Both the position numbers and the translations under genes were made by a program. A stretch of DNA of 64,000 nt from Azolla caroliniana (lineage: Eukaryota; Plantae; Polypodiophyta): the NCBI GenBank assembly GCA_043228905.1, contig JBHGNT010000006.1, positions 1,860,001 to 1,924,000 of the forward strand. Direction: 5' to 3'. Positions 37,401 through 51,006 of this stretch are shown here, one piece after another; position 1 is the stretch's first letter; each line of letters begins with the position of its first letter. The notes under the pieces were generated by a model, which saw nothing but the letters and a program-made list of their open reading frames with translations, did not search any database and was not told where the DNA came from.

Positions 37401-38725
37401 TGGTACAAGTTTGATATCCGTATATAAAGACTGTAATAACTAATCGCCTTCAATACTTCCATTAATGCATCAAATTGTTGTTTTCATCGGTGCATGTTCT
37501 ATATGTATATAATCTCAAGACATAATATTTAATCTTGTTATCTTCCTTTAAAATAAGGACTCTCCAATGCCGTATTCTTTTGATGGATGCATGTTCTCTA
37601 TGTAGCTATGCAGCATGTAAAATGCATTGCTCTTAATACTTCAGAATTGGACATCCTAATGCATCAATTAGTGTTAGTGATGTCTACAACTATCTGTGCA
37701 GAATATCATAAATCACTTTTAATGACATTTAAAAATAGCATCAAAATATCATTTTCTTCAATTCATGTTCTATACATAATGATGCAGAAAATGTAATACA
37801 TCACCTTTCACACTTCCAATGGATCAAAGTACCATTTTTCTCAATGTATAACTTGTAATATAATCACCTTTAGAACTTCAAAGTCGGGGCCCTCCAATGC
37901 ATCAAAGTATCGTCCTGCGGGCACAGAAGACATATTGTCCTTGTAAGGCAATCGAGAGTGCAACCTCTTGCTTTGATTTAGACTTGCCCTTGTCCTGAAC
38001 ATAAGGTAATCCTCTTTCTTTAATCCATTTGATGAACTATGTCGCCATTTGGCAGATCTTGTTCTAAACATGGCATTTTTCTCTCTATGTGATCTATCCC
38101 AATTATGTGAAACACATCTCCGTGCAAGTGGGCCTGAATAAGGAAACCCATCATCCTGTTGCATTATCTGTGAAATTTCAGGTGATTTCAGATGGTTTGC
38201 ATCCTTTTGCAATGATTCCACATGTGCAGAATGATGTTTTATAGGTTTCTGCATAGATTCCACATGTGGAAGATAATTGTCTACACCAATTTGAATAGAT
38301 TCAACATGTCTCTGATGGTTTTGTATTGTCTCAACATCACGTGGATCTTGATTATTCACATCTACTTTCTTAGATTCCGCATGTGGAAGATGGTTTTGCA
38401 TAATCTCCACTTGAGGGGCATGATGATTTACATCTATTTTCCGTGGCAATTCCATTGGTGGGGCATAGTTTTCCGCAGATTCTAAAAGTGTAGGATGATG
38501 TTTAGCATCGTGTTTCGATGATGTTGATGCAGAGTAATTATCATTTTTCAGTGTCCCTGAGGTATTAACAAGCTTCTTCAATTTGACGCAATGATCAGAT
38601 GATTCATCTCCCGAAGAAGAAGAAGAAGAAGATGATGATGATGATGATGATGAAGGGCTATAATATCTTGGAGCCACAACTATGGTTTGCAATGGAGAAG
38701 GCATGATACTCTGCTCAAAAGCCAT
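34449..38725 (-). CDS. SLAC1/SLAH-family S-type anion channel (SLAC1-like), 4 exons
   Basis: Exons 38725-37868, 36459-35689, 35448-35417, 34722-34449. Motifs AGRYFDALEGP, WPFLLRFP, EAVRREYYHPVRVN, LFVAAPSAAS, WWAYTFPM, TLFPNDLAIAI. Confidence 0.93.
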
Positions 38726-41700
38726 GATGGAGTTTCAACCGTGGTAGTTTGATGCCCGAATGGTGGCCAAAGAAACATCATACCATAGTTTTGGTGATAT
38801 TGATTTGTAAAAATCAGCTGATACCGATCATCAGAAAGCGTGGAAGGGAGGAACGGCTCCTGCTTCAACTCATCGGTTAGCGGTAGGGACTGACACAAGG
38901 ATTGAAAGAAGAAGGAACCATGTCTTCTTCTTCTTCTTCTTCTTCTTCTTCGTTAATTTGTATTAGAAAGGAGCCACCGCCCAACAACAGAAAACTAACA
39001 CTCCTTAATTCTCTAGAGAGACATCATTTTAGTTTTCTCACTCGTGTGAAACGAGATGTCTGTCCATGGATCATCAAGAATGGTCTTGGTCCTCCGATTG
39101 GACGGACGGGTCCAACGCTTCACGTTAAATGTATGCATAAACGGTCGGTGTTAAGGGTACGAGTCCACACATGAATGACTCTGAAAAATGTCATCCCTTG
39201 ACCAATATCCCGAAATTGCTCTCGTGCTGAGTTTTGGGTCGCGAGTGTCCCTCCATAAAGGCCATTCCTGTTATTCGGAGACTCGTTTTCGGCCTTCAGT
39301 TCTAGGTTCATACTTTCTGAAAAAAGGCCATCCCTTTTGTCCTAGAATTTCTTTTAGTGCTAGAGTTTGGGCAATTCCATTATCCTACCATGATATGGAG
39401 CATGTCATCTAAAAACATGACACCTTCTTTTATGGCATGCCGGATACAATTCGCTTGAGACCAACATAAGAGTGAACACTTAAATATTTTCATTTTGACA
39501 CGTGATACTAAAAATCTCAAATTTATGGAAATCAATCCACTACATATGTTTGTAGTTTTCACTGCAAGGTTGCTAATATACTATAAACACCATTCGTTCT
39601 AGTGGAAACATAGGTTCTCATGGACAATCATTTAGGAGACATGATGGAGAAGAAAAGGATCGCACTTAAATTTTCAGTTTTATGATTACAAATTTGGCAA
39701 ATCACTTGGAAATGGAAGAATGTGTGATTTGCAAATTTTATTAATGACCTCACGTTAAATGGTGTTTTGCAACATTGACTCGAGGTCATGGGATCAAACC
39801 TAATAACTCCAATATTGACCAGAATGTATTCACATGTTTGCACGAGTTCTTCAAAGTAAAAATAAAAACTATCCCTTCATCGATTTACATTTCACAACCC
39901 TACGGTTGACAAAATTAACATTCCTTCCTTAGGCTTTGCCAAAACAGACTTCTCATACGGAAATTGATTGGACAAGATAATTTTATTCGAATAGATGTTG
40001 TACCTTAGGCTCTATTGGTATTGCATGTTGAAAACAATAACATTTTCCCCTTAAAAAGAAATGCTAATAAAAGAAGAGAAAATGTCTACTCTTAAGGATG
40101 TAGTTTTATCCGAAGCAGGTTACCCCACGATACACATCATACATTGATAAAGACAAGAAAGGAACTCCACCCAAGGTAATATTTTTTCAAAAAGGAAGGT
40201 AGCCCAAGAGTTCCACATCTTAATTAGTTATATCAATTGCTATTGCGGGTTGAAAAAAATTATCTTCCTTGATTAACTTGATTGTTGCATTCAACGGACT
40301 TCGAAGTAACCTTGGTAGTTAGTACTAATATTTGTGTGGCATTATGAGTTGAAAACAATATCATTGTCTTAGGTAACACTAATAAGGAATCGTGAGAATC
40401 TCGCATTTCAAGATGAGATTAGCTCAGTAAGACTCAACATCTTTACCATGATATAGTAATGACAAAAAGAGAGACTTTTTACTTCTAAGTTCTCTCTATT
40501 GTCTACTCTACAATGATTTCCATCATTTATTAAGTTGTTACTCTTCGGTAATGACTTGGTGGTTGAACCATTGCACCAAAGTCATTTCTCTGTACCTCTC
40601 TTTTAGAAAAAACATAATTATATTAATAAATGTGTTAAAAATAGTATAATGGTACCACAACTTAGTGGTGTCATCGTTACATGGGTAGTAGGACTTGTTG
40701 AATCACTAATATGCAAGACAAACACTCCACCGAGGAAAGAATTTCAACTTGCTTGAAAACACTTTCATAGAATATGCTCAAACTCCATCCTTACCATCAA
40801 ATGCAAAACAACTGCACATATCCCAATTATGATTCTCTCCCTCTCTCTTTTATCTTCATAATTTCCTTGGTATAATTTGCATATAACTCCAACATGAACT
40901 ACAAAGTGGACAAAGGCCTTTTAATAAACAACCAAACACACCATGCAATCTAAATTTCCCCTTACTAATTTCTCTTCTCTTCTCTTGATTAATATTTGTT
41001 GTGTAACAATAAACCTTACCAACAACCTAAATCTGTTATTTCCTCTTGTGCTTTATTTACCAAAATGCTTCACATTTCTGAAGTTGGCAAAACATTCCTA
41101 GCACCTTGATAGCTTAGTTTCCAACTTTTACCCTCTTTCTCTTTCTATAATTTCAAAGAGATCTAGCTTTCATCTTTATATGATTTCTGCGATTTGTACA
41201 ACCAAATCTTTAGTGATATGTTGCCATTCTCCAATCTATTTATTGTGACGATCAATTATTGGTACATGTAGCATTTTGTGGGTGTCTTATGATCACTCTC
41301 TCTCCTAATATCACATGTGAATATGCTCCTACTAGTGAATCTTTCACTTGGCATATGGAAGTCATTCACATCATTGCATGAAAATTTGTCCATTTCTATT
41401 CTTTCACTACCATACCAATTTATTTCAACACCATCCTATCTATCGGTTACATTTGGTTTGTTTGTAATCAAACTTAAGAGGATAAAAGTCACTAAAGTTA
41501 TGTGAGCTAAGACTATAGGAAGGAATTAAGTGTGCAATAATGATTATAGATTTACCATGGAGGATGAAATACTTTTTAGAGGACCTGAATCTTTCTTTAC
41601 ATGTTCCAAAGACAAATATAGCCTAAACACTTTTTAGCTTTTAAATGAACTAGAAGAAATGTTTCAACGTTTTTCACCATATTATGAATGAAATTCCAAA

Positions 41701-41743
41701 CTAACAAAGAATGTAACAGATTATTACTCCACAAACAAACAAA

Positions 41744-44700
41744 TCATGAGTCTGTCCTTGTGCTGCCCACCGCTAGATCTGAAATATCTATTTTGGAACC
41801 ATTTTGCCACTCTTGTATAGTTCCACTCAAAGGATTCTCTCCATAACTACTTAATTGCCATAGTTTTTCTTCGACCTCATCCAAAAGTTGTTGCCAGCTC
41901 CAAGCCGAATGTCCTAAGAAAAACCAAAAATCGGAAATATCTAACTTGTTCAACTCTTTAACTGATTGCAAAACTTGCATCGTTGCTAATGTGTCTCCAA
42001 AGTATATACCAGGAACCACCTCTAGGTACCCCTCTACCCCTTTTAACCTAGTAAGGCTTACAAAAGGCTGTCCATTCACAAGGACTGGCCCTCCATAGGA
42101 AAGAACAGTGTTGTTAAAAATCTCCTCTACTACACTATCTACTATATTCCGCAAGAGCTTCCACGATGATAAAGGTTTGTTTAGAATCACTCCTTGGAAC
42201 CCTTCTTGCCCATCTGCTTTAACAATCCAAATTCTCGAATTCTCAAATAGTTTGGATGCATTTGCGTTGAGCTTCTTTGTAGCTACAAGCACCGATCCAA
42301 CTTCTGGGTACATTAAGTTTGTTGAATCATGGTTATTGACAGCAATATTATCACCTTGAGATTCCGAACTCTTAAAAGATGGGTTTTCCTTGGCTGTATT
42401 TGCTGTCAAGTGATATAAATGATGTGCACGTTCTGTACGAGCGTCAATCCAGACTGACTTCGATGATAGAGAAGTGGATGAGGATGTTTGAGATTTCAGT
42501 TCTTCATTGAATCTTTTTGTCCCTACTTAATCGACCACATCCATGAAGTTCAATACAATCAATGTTAAATTTCACCACCAAATTTGCTCACAAAACAAGA
42601 TGCGATAAATGTAGCATTCTACGAATAATTTGACCTGTTTTGCAGCTGAGCTAGTAAAACTCTTGAAATGAACGCACACATATATATACAAACATACAGA
42701 TACATGTAGAGAGAAACATAGAAATAAGAAGGTTACCTTGAAGCATATGAAGGATTTTTATGTCGATATTGCTTTCACGAAAAATAAATTCCAATGCTTG
42801 TTGCACAGTCGGTCCTCCGTTAAAAATGATTTTAGCTTTTCTTTTTGGTGAAAATAATATGATTGAGGGGTACAATTCCTACAAGATAAAGAGGAAGAAG
42901 ATCAGGAATGTTTACATGTAGTTGGTAAAACACACATGACGTGATTACCATCTCATCATCAATTAATAAACCAAGATGAGCATAGACTGTACATTCTATA
43001 AGCCACCATGATAATCTTCCTATGATGACTGTATTCATCCACCTCTAAATGAAAGGAAGGATGAATATTTTTTGCTACACATATGTACAAAGCGATCGAC
43101 AACCTGTTCAAGATCCTTGAAGAATAAACTGCAGTCATTCATCGTACAGTCAATCTGGAAAAGGACAGGAAGCTTGTCTTTCAATTCACACCAGCAATCG
43201 TGCGAATAGCTCACTGAAAGTATATAAATGTCTGAATAAGAAATTAAATTTCAATAAGCAATAAAAATCCACAAAACAAGAGTACGGCATTTCCCAGGGT
43301 TAAAATATGCATATCCTCCAGAGTCTACCGCAATCAGAATAATACAAACTCACAACATTCTTGATTCAATTATAATTTACATTAAAAACAAATTCCATGA
43401 GCAGCATTATCTTTGATTAGAGAATGCAGAGCTCGACAAATTGTCACGCAAACTGTGTTCTACAAGTGAATCTATGTATATATTCCCAGTTTGTTACAAC
43501 TTTATGTGAGTACATGAAATTGGATATATTGGATCTAGGCTTCCGAAAATTCCAATTCTGTGGAGAATGTGTAACGAATCGATATTCTTGTAAAAATGGA
43601 AATGTGCCTAATATTCTCGAGAGTAAATTGCCTTCTAAGTTATAATTTCAAAACCAAAATGTATCTTCAAACCTTTACATTAAGTATTTATGAATTTCTT
43701 CCTCTTATACGCACAATTGTAAAGAGTTTGTTTACAGTTATTTTAAAAAACTAAAACAAATACAGCCTGTGAATGTGTCAATACATGCATTGCCACAAGA
43801 GTCCTATGATTAAATGGCAGAAATCGTCTCACCTTTATCTTGAAATTGATTCCATGCGCCAATAACACAGTCAGGTTGCTTTCCATTTCCATTTTGTCCC
43901 ATGCCTCTGTCTTCAAGATGTGCACCCACATGCAACATTAATAACTGATATATCTCACGAAAGATCAATTCCATTCTCTTGCAAAAACCACATGCAGACA
44001 AGGTGAAGTGTACAAGGATTCCTCGCTTGCTTAAATCTGAAGCATTCTCTATCGGCTGAGAATCAACTAGCATTTCCAACAGAGTTTCAACTGTGATCTG
44101 AGGGACTCCATTCATTACATGGAAGTCCCGATTGACAAATGGAGGTTTGACCCGTTTTCGAGGACTCTGTGGTTCAGACCCTGAATTGTAAACTCTTTTA
44201 AGAGAGCCTCTAGAGAACTCATATATGAATTCCTTTATACTTGAATAGCTTATAGACTGATCAATAGGGAAAACAAAGTGTCCACCTTCAGATGGATCAA
44301 GTATCACAAGAGATGGATAGGGCACATTTTGCAAAAGCATGTCTTTCATTGAATCATCTCCATCTACACAAAAGTATGACAAGGAATGCACATAACTAAG
44401 GTTTGCAGGGTTCTCAGAAACCCTTTCTTCCTCAGGATCAATTGCAGATGACATTTTCATCCTCTGTCCGCTCGATGACAGAGAAAATACAGATCCTATG
44501 TCCACAAGGGATGAAGGAATATAGTCAAGATCAAGTTCTCCGACATGTCTCTCATTCTGAGCCTTATCCAAAACAGCATTACTTTGAGAGACAAGAGCGT
44601 CCTTAATACCTAGAGCTTTAATTTTTTCAGATGGCATTTTCAACAGGCTTGCTTTTAATTGCATTTTTGCATTGCCAAGCAAAACCTTCAAAACTATGGT

Positions 44701-47700
44701 AGTATCATGCCTATCAGCGTCTGGATGTAAATTTTGCTCTCTATCACTTGCATTATCTTCTATAACGTCTGCCTGATGAGTTGACGATTGTAGCACATTA
44801 TCAGTCAAAGTGCCATAGTTTAACGATTCTTTCAACTTTGCTATAGCATTGAGAAGTTCATTGCCATCTACAGATTTGAGAACAATTTTGTTTGCTTGTA
44901 GTTCCTCAGCAACTGAATGTATATCTGTCACCTCAGAATTTGTTGGCTTTTGATACTCTGTGGCAACACTTAAAACTGCCCTTAAAGCATCCCAACTCTT
45001 CTCACGAACTTGAAGGGATGGGGATGTCCTATCAATAAAAAGGACTACAGATGGCGTTCCTTCCATCAAAGAGGAATAATGTTTGGCACTCTCACGGTTC
45101 AACTGGAAAGCAGATGTCAAATCAGATCTTTTTCAATTGTAGAAATTAATTGATAGTACACATATACAGTATATTGATCAGGAAATAATGCTATCTGCAT
45201 ATTAAATTACAGGTTCATTATACACAATGCTCTGGCTCTGTCATGCTTTGCCTTCCAGGCCTGAGGGCTAGTGAATCACTAGTTCTTTATAGCTACAGGT
45301 AAGGTCAGCTTAAACATATCATACAGTAAGAGTTTAGCATTTGCTTGATATCATAACACTAATTACATGATTCTATTATTTTGCATAAGTAAAAGCATAC
45401 CTCTGGCACAAGCTGCGTTGAATCGGATATAAAAGAATCCATGGTCTCGGTTTCAAAGTAGATCTCTGGTGCATCAGGTTGACCCATTGTTTGAACCATG
45501 AGGAACCATGTAAAATTTTGCATTTTATCCATGCCCAGGTCTAAAACCAGGCTTTTATCTCTAATGATACCAAAATCCATGTAATCAGGTGTCAGAACAT
45601 GGGCCCTAGCAATCCTTGACAAATTCTGATAGAGAATTGCAAAATGCTTATAATCCGTTTGATTGCAGCCATGAATTCGATCAAAACTGTTTCTGGTGAG
45701 CTGGTTTGCATGGTTGAAGTTTGTGAGCAACGAAGCACTTAACTGGGAGTCTAGCAGTGGATAGCTACATGAAGTAGAAATCTCAAACTTGATGCTCTCC
45801 TCAAACCTATCACTGCTGTTCTCCAAAATATCTTCAGGCAAAGAAGTGCCACAAGTTCTTGAAATTACCTCTTCATCAACATCAGCTTCTGAAATCTTTG
45901 AGGATCCACTGTCTAAGAAATCACTGTTGTTGTCCAAAAGGTTGCCACTTATAAAAGTTACAGGTGTTTTTCTTGAAACCACTATGTCATTTTCATCAGC
46001 AACTGAAAACTTTGAATTTAGACTGTATCTGAGAATATCCTTGTCCTGTGAAACTATTCACACGAGTAAATTTAAAGCATGCATAAGAATTTCTCACCCA
46101 TGAAAGTGAGGTCATAAAACCAGGAAAAGGAAGAAATTGTATTAAGTTAAGATATTGATTAAAAGGGGGTGCCACATTATATAAAACATACCTATAATCC
46201 TAATGATATATGAACATACCATCTCCTTCCCTTGAAGAATAAGAATGTTGCAACTGAATTTCATGAATATTTGGTTGCAATACTTCGGCCTTCCCCATAT
46301 TATTGCAATATTCATTTCTTTGCTTCTTAGGAAGAGAAAATGATAAGTCTTGATAGAATTCCTTTGGATTCTCCATGCCTTTCTTTACCCATTTATGCCA
46401 GCTTCTTTCACCTAGTTTCTCAGCATAGTTGCAACTGTCATATAATACAACAGCTATTTCTGTGGACTTCAGAAACTTTTCAACATCTGATGCAGACTCT
46501 AGCATTCGAAATGGAAAATGCCCTGAAGATATGGTAAGTCCACGATGCATGGCTGCCAAGATATTTTGAATTTTAAGTGCCCCATTATATTGAAAAAGAG
46601 TCGCATGTAAGTAGAACGTTAATATAGGAGTTTTCTTTCTTCCAATGACAGTAAGCCCCAAGTCCTTGTCAAGATTTACATAGATAACTCGTAGCTGCAC
46701 CACAGCGTACAAATCTCGATCTGCTTCTATGGACTTCACAAGTTCCTTCATGATACTTCTTGACTCTCCACACCCTGAGAAAAAAAGAGCATATTTGATC
46801 TGCTTTTATTTTAGTTTCACCCATATTTGTATTCATCATTTCTATTCATATTCTGAATATTATATATCTGACTTGAGAAACTTACATGTATAGATGACGA
46901 AATTCTTTCGTCATGTCTTAATTCTATTTCTATTTTCTATTTACTTGTTTATTACATAGTTACTTTTATTTGGTTTGTTTTTCTCAAAGTCGAGACAACA
47001 TTTTAAGATATAATCTCTTGTTTGGTCTTATAGGTCATCTTGGCCTCGTAAAAGACATTATTTTCACTTTGAGATTTTTTACTAGAGAGTAATAACCCCC
47101 TTCTTAGGAAGGCATCGCATAGAAGATGATATGTCAATTTGGTCCCGTAGGTCAAATTTGGCATCATCATTGACGATAAAATATCACTTGGTTGGAAGAT
47201 GACCGATTATAAAACACAATTTTTGCACACATCAGAGCATGGATTCATCATCAGGCTATCATCTATCCTATGCGCTACGCAGTGTGGTAGGACAGCTGCA
47301 AGCTTCATCACATCAGAGATTGAGGTAGGCAGATATGCATGAATACCTCTAGAAGAAAGAATTTGCCAATTGTGTCATCAAGGAGTGGGACAAACACTAT
47401 GTTTGTCATTGTAATGCTTTTTATGAATAAGAGGGAGATACAATTGCCTCTTTAAACAAAGCATCGCCCACTAATCAAGGTAATGGAATATGAGGAAACC
47501 AACAGTGCTTGGGGCTTGTCCTAGTAACACTCAAAAGAGATACAGAGAACTTGTTGAGAGACAACGATACAGCCATAAAAGCTTATCAACAAAGAGCATT
47601 CACAACTTTCTTTAGCCCCATCACTCTTGCTCATGCTACAAGTCAATCAAGGGTTACACAAATGGGCTCCCAATCAAGACATTGCAAAGGGATTAAAATA

Positions 47701-49554
47701 GATTGGGCTATAGCATTTGTTGTGCACGTAGAACCAGTTTCGTGGAGCATAATCTCACCACTTTAGTCATCAACAAATAAAAGCCAATATCTCCCACCAT
47801 CTTACTTTGGAGACCTCTCCATTTTGGATCAGCCTATGCAAGAGATCTTTTGAGGACAAAAATTACAATATCTATGACTTGAACATCTTACATGTATAAA
47901 TGACGAGATTCTTTTCTCACATCTTATTCTATTTCTATTTACTTTTTCCTTTAGTTGATTTATTATGGTTCATTCTCAAAGATGAGACAACATTTTAAGA
48001 TGTAATCTCTTGTTTGGTCTTATTGCCATTTTGGCCTCTTAAAAGACGTTCATATTTCTTTCTTTCTTCTTTCTTCTTTCTTCTTTCTTCTTTCTTTCTT
48101 TCCTCTTTCTTTCTTCTTTATTTTTTTTCGTTCTTCCTTTCTCTTTCGTTTGACATGATATGAGTGACATAAATATTGTATGAGCAACTGTTGGGACATG
48201 TTAGGTGTGCACAAGGATTATCAGAGGTAATGACAAGCCCCATTGGTGTGAAGTAAGGAGTACCACTTTCCCCTACACTTTTCAGACTTTACATCGACGA
48301 GGTAGGCAACTTTACCCAACCCTCTTCCGAATTTACATTGACGAGGTTGTGGACTACATCAAACATGGATAGGGTTTTGACATATTAGGTACATCCATTC
48401 ACATTCTTCTTTATGTTGATGATATAATCTTGGTGTTTGAATCTCGTGCATGTCTACAACATCGTCTCAATGCCCTCGAGGCTTCTGCCACAAAGAAGGA
48501 CTCATGATAAAAGCCTCGGAAAGACTGCGTCCAAGATCTTCCACACATCCCCTCTGACTAGCCAACATGCTATTTTCACCATATCATGAGGGCAAGTTAG
48601 ACTAGTGGATCTCTACATGCATGTCTAGGAGTTAAATTTACAAACATGAATTGGTGCTTCTCCATGATCCAAGCTGTCAAGGATTTACAGGGATATGCAG
48701 ATCTAGCCAACCCTTAAGATGGAGATGAATTGTCAAGCTCCTTGATGATCAAGGCTGTACATGCATATATAAAATCATTGGACGTTCATTAAGTTTGGTT
48801 ATGGAATCAAAAATATAGTCATTTTCAGATGCCTTTATTGATGTGCTGTAGGCAGCCCCATCTTGTCAAAGTCTTGCATAGTCACTCTATAACATAGCAC
48901 ATCGTTTTTATTTCAAATCTTGGCACCATTGCCCATCGTCAAAACGGTGCACATTCTAAAATTGAGTAGCAACGCACATGATTTGTACTCATTGACGCTT
49001 ATATAAATGGAATAAGCAACGAGGAGGAAATATATACTTACAGAACTTCATACAGCTTGACACAGCCTTACATTATAAAAAAGGATTTGATATCCCCTTG
49101 CTAGGAAATCTTCTCAATTTGTTTACTATAATTCTTTGAAAAACTTCTTCTTGGATTCTCTGGAAGTCTTTGCTAAATTTATCCAAAGTTATTTTCTCAA
49201 ATGCTTCAAAAGTTTCTTTTGCTGATTCTCGAAATTTATTTTTTTCGGTATTACCCACATTTTGTTTTCTCACATTCTTCAAAAGTTTCTTCCCGAATTC
49301 TTCAGAAGAAGAAAAAAAAATCAAATTTTCCGATAGTTTTTACCTTAATTATTTTCCCTTTGGGAAGATCTGTTTTAAGGGGAATAGCACTTACATGGAA
49401 CTGTAGCAATGGTGACGACGAAAGAATGTCTGTGAATGTCAGAAGTAAAGTTATCTTGCGTGAGGCGTGCCCATTGCACATATGAAACGCATCCAACAGT
49501 CCAGATCAAAATGAAAAACAACATGACTGAGATGAAACGAATGGAAGAAGCCAT
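41744..49554 (-). CDS. Signal-peptide thioredoxin-fold protein with C-terminal DUF179 (YqgE/AlgH-like) domain, At3g19780-like
   Basis: Exons 49554-49395, 46774-46220, 46045-45401, 45102-43833, 43213-43104, 42878-42737, 42522-41744. Motifs VPWCGESR, ACGFCKR, IDCTMNDC, GFQGVILNK, YGGPV, FFLGHSAWSWQQLLDEV. Confidence 0.85.
46868..48070 (+). mobile_element. Two stacked LINE 3' fragments in intron 1 of the thioredoxin-like gene
   Basis: IPLEERICQLCH..HYVCHC at ~47342-47412; homologous ~190-bp 3'UTRs at 46868-47062 and 47875-48065, the latter followed by a TTTC-rich tail. Confidence 0.8.
48180..48720 (+). mobile_element. LINE RT fragment
   Basis: GVK*GVPLSPTLFRLYIDE (~48245-48300) and ILLYVDDIIL (~48403-48432). 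Confidence 0.8.
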
Positions 49555-50697
49555 TCCTTCTTCTTCTTCTGCTTCTGTCCCTCCTTCTCCGTCTTCTTTT
49601 AAGATCTCATTGACAAAGAAAGAACAAACAGCATAGAGCTGAGATGAAACGGCACGTGAGAAGCCTTTCGACTCCTGCTGCTGCAGCTGAAGCTGCTTCT
49701 TAGGGATCAAATTTCATCACCGATGGAAAGCTACCAAAAAGGCTTGAGTTCGAATCTAGACTCCCACAACATGTTTTTCTGAAGCTATAGAGCCTATGCC
49801 ACCACCTCATCAAGTGTGTCGAGTCACCATGGTCTCCATATGGTCGATACGCCCATCTCCACTACAGCCCCCCCCCCCTCTCGCTACTTCTTGTCTCTAT
49901 CTCCTCTTTCTCACTCCTCTCTTTGCCTTTTTGTAAAAATATGTACCGTGTAAAACTTACAATGAGAATAGAGCTCTCCTTATCTCCATAGAAACATCGA
50001 AAACAATAGCCCCCCCCCCCCACACACACACACACTCACGTGTAGGATATATCCTACTTTTCACATTGGATTTCAGGAATTTTGAGTCATGATTGTCGAT
50101 GTGTCGAGAATTTTACGTATGAGCATTGCAATTAAGAGTGCACGTTGTGATTGCGAGAGGAATCTATGTAGGGAAGGAACCAACTTGACAATGCATGCGA
50201 GACAAACTTGAACGCGATCAAAGGTAGATTATCGTATCGAAGTGTGATACATACACTCCCAAACTTCTTTAGCACAACATATACATAACCAACAATTGTC
50301 CTTGCTTGTCCCTTAGGCCCATATTTGCACGAAAGAGACATATGGAATCAATTGTGTGAGTGTCAAACAAACAGATGGGTTTTGTCATGTATCAATGACC
50401 ATGTTTTCCTTGTTCAACATATGGTTATTATTTTGTAGTATCAATGCAATATATGCAACATAAGTGTGTAAAACACGGGCTTTAAGTATATTTCCCATGC
50501 TTGAATTGTTGATAGAATCTGAATTGTTGTTAAATGTCTTTTGGATCCTTTTACTTGTTTCTCATGCAACTATAGGTTTTGGTTTTGTCTTTTAAACCTA
50601 AACACATACTCAACAACCCTTCCCATGGTTGTCATCTCAACAAGGTGTGATTCAGTGTCAATACATTTATGGAGTTTGTGGCTCATAGTTAAATAAA

Positions 50698-51006
50698 GGG
50701 AAAAGTACCATGATACCCATGGAAGTTCGTCTATTTACCATAATGCCCCTGCAAGTTCCAATTTTACCAAACTACCCCTATGTCCAAAAAATTACACTTT
50801 ATAAAGTATACACTCAAATCTTTGGTAAATAGGGCTAGTTCGGGTCCATTTCTTCCATCTTTGCTAAATAGGGCTTGTAGATTTGAGTGCATAAATACTT
50901 TATAAAGTGTACTTTTTTGGACATAGGGGTAATTTGGTAAATTTGGAACTTCTAGGGGCATTCTAGTAAATAGACGAACTTACAGGGGTATCCTGATACT
51001 TTTCCC
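50698..51006. mobile_element. Mutator-type MITE, 309 bp
   Basis: ~125-bp imperfect TIRs (GGGAAAAGTA...TACTTTTCCC) flanked by a perfect 9-bp TSD TTAAATAAA at 50689-50697 and 51007-51015. Confidence 0.95.

Noticed and set aside
39900-41450. Possible decayed element between SLAC1 and the thioredoxin-like gene
   Set aside because: No ORF, TIR, LTR or recognisable motif found.
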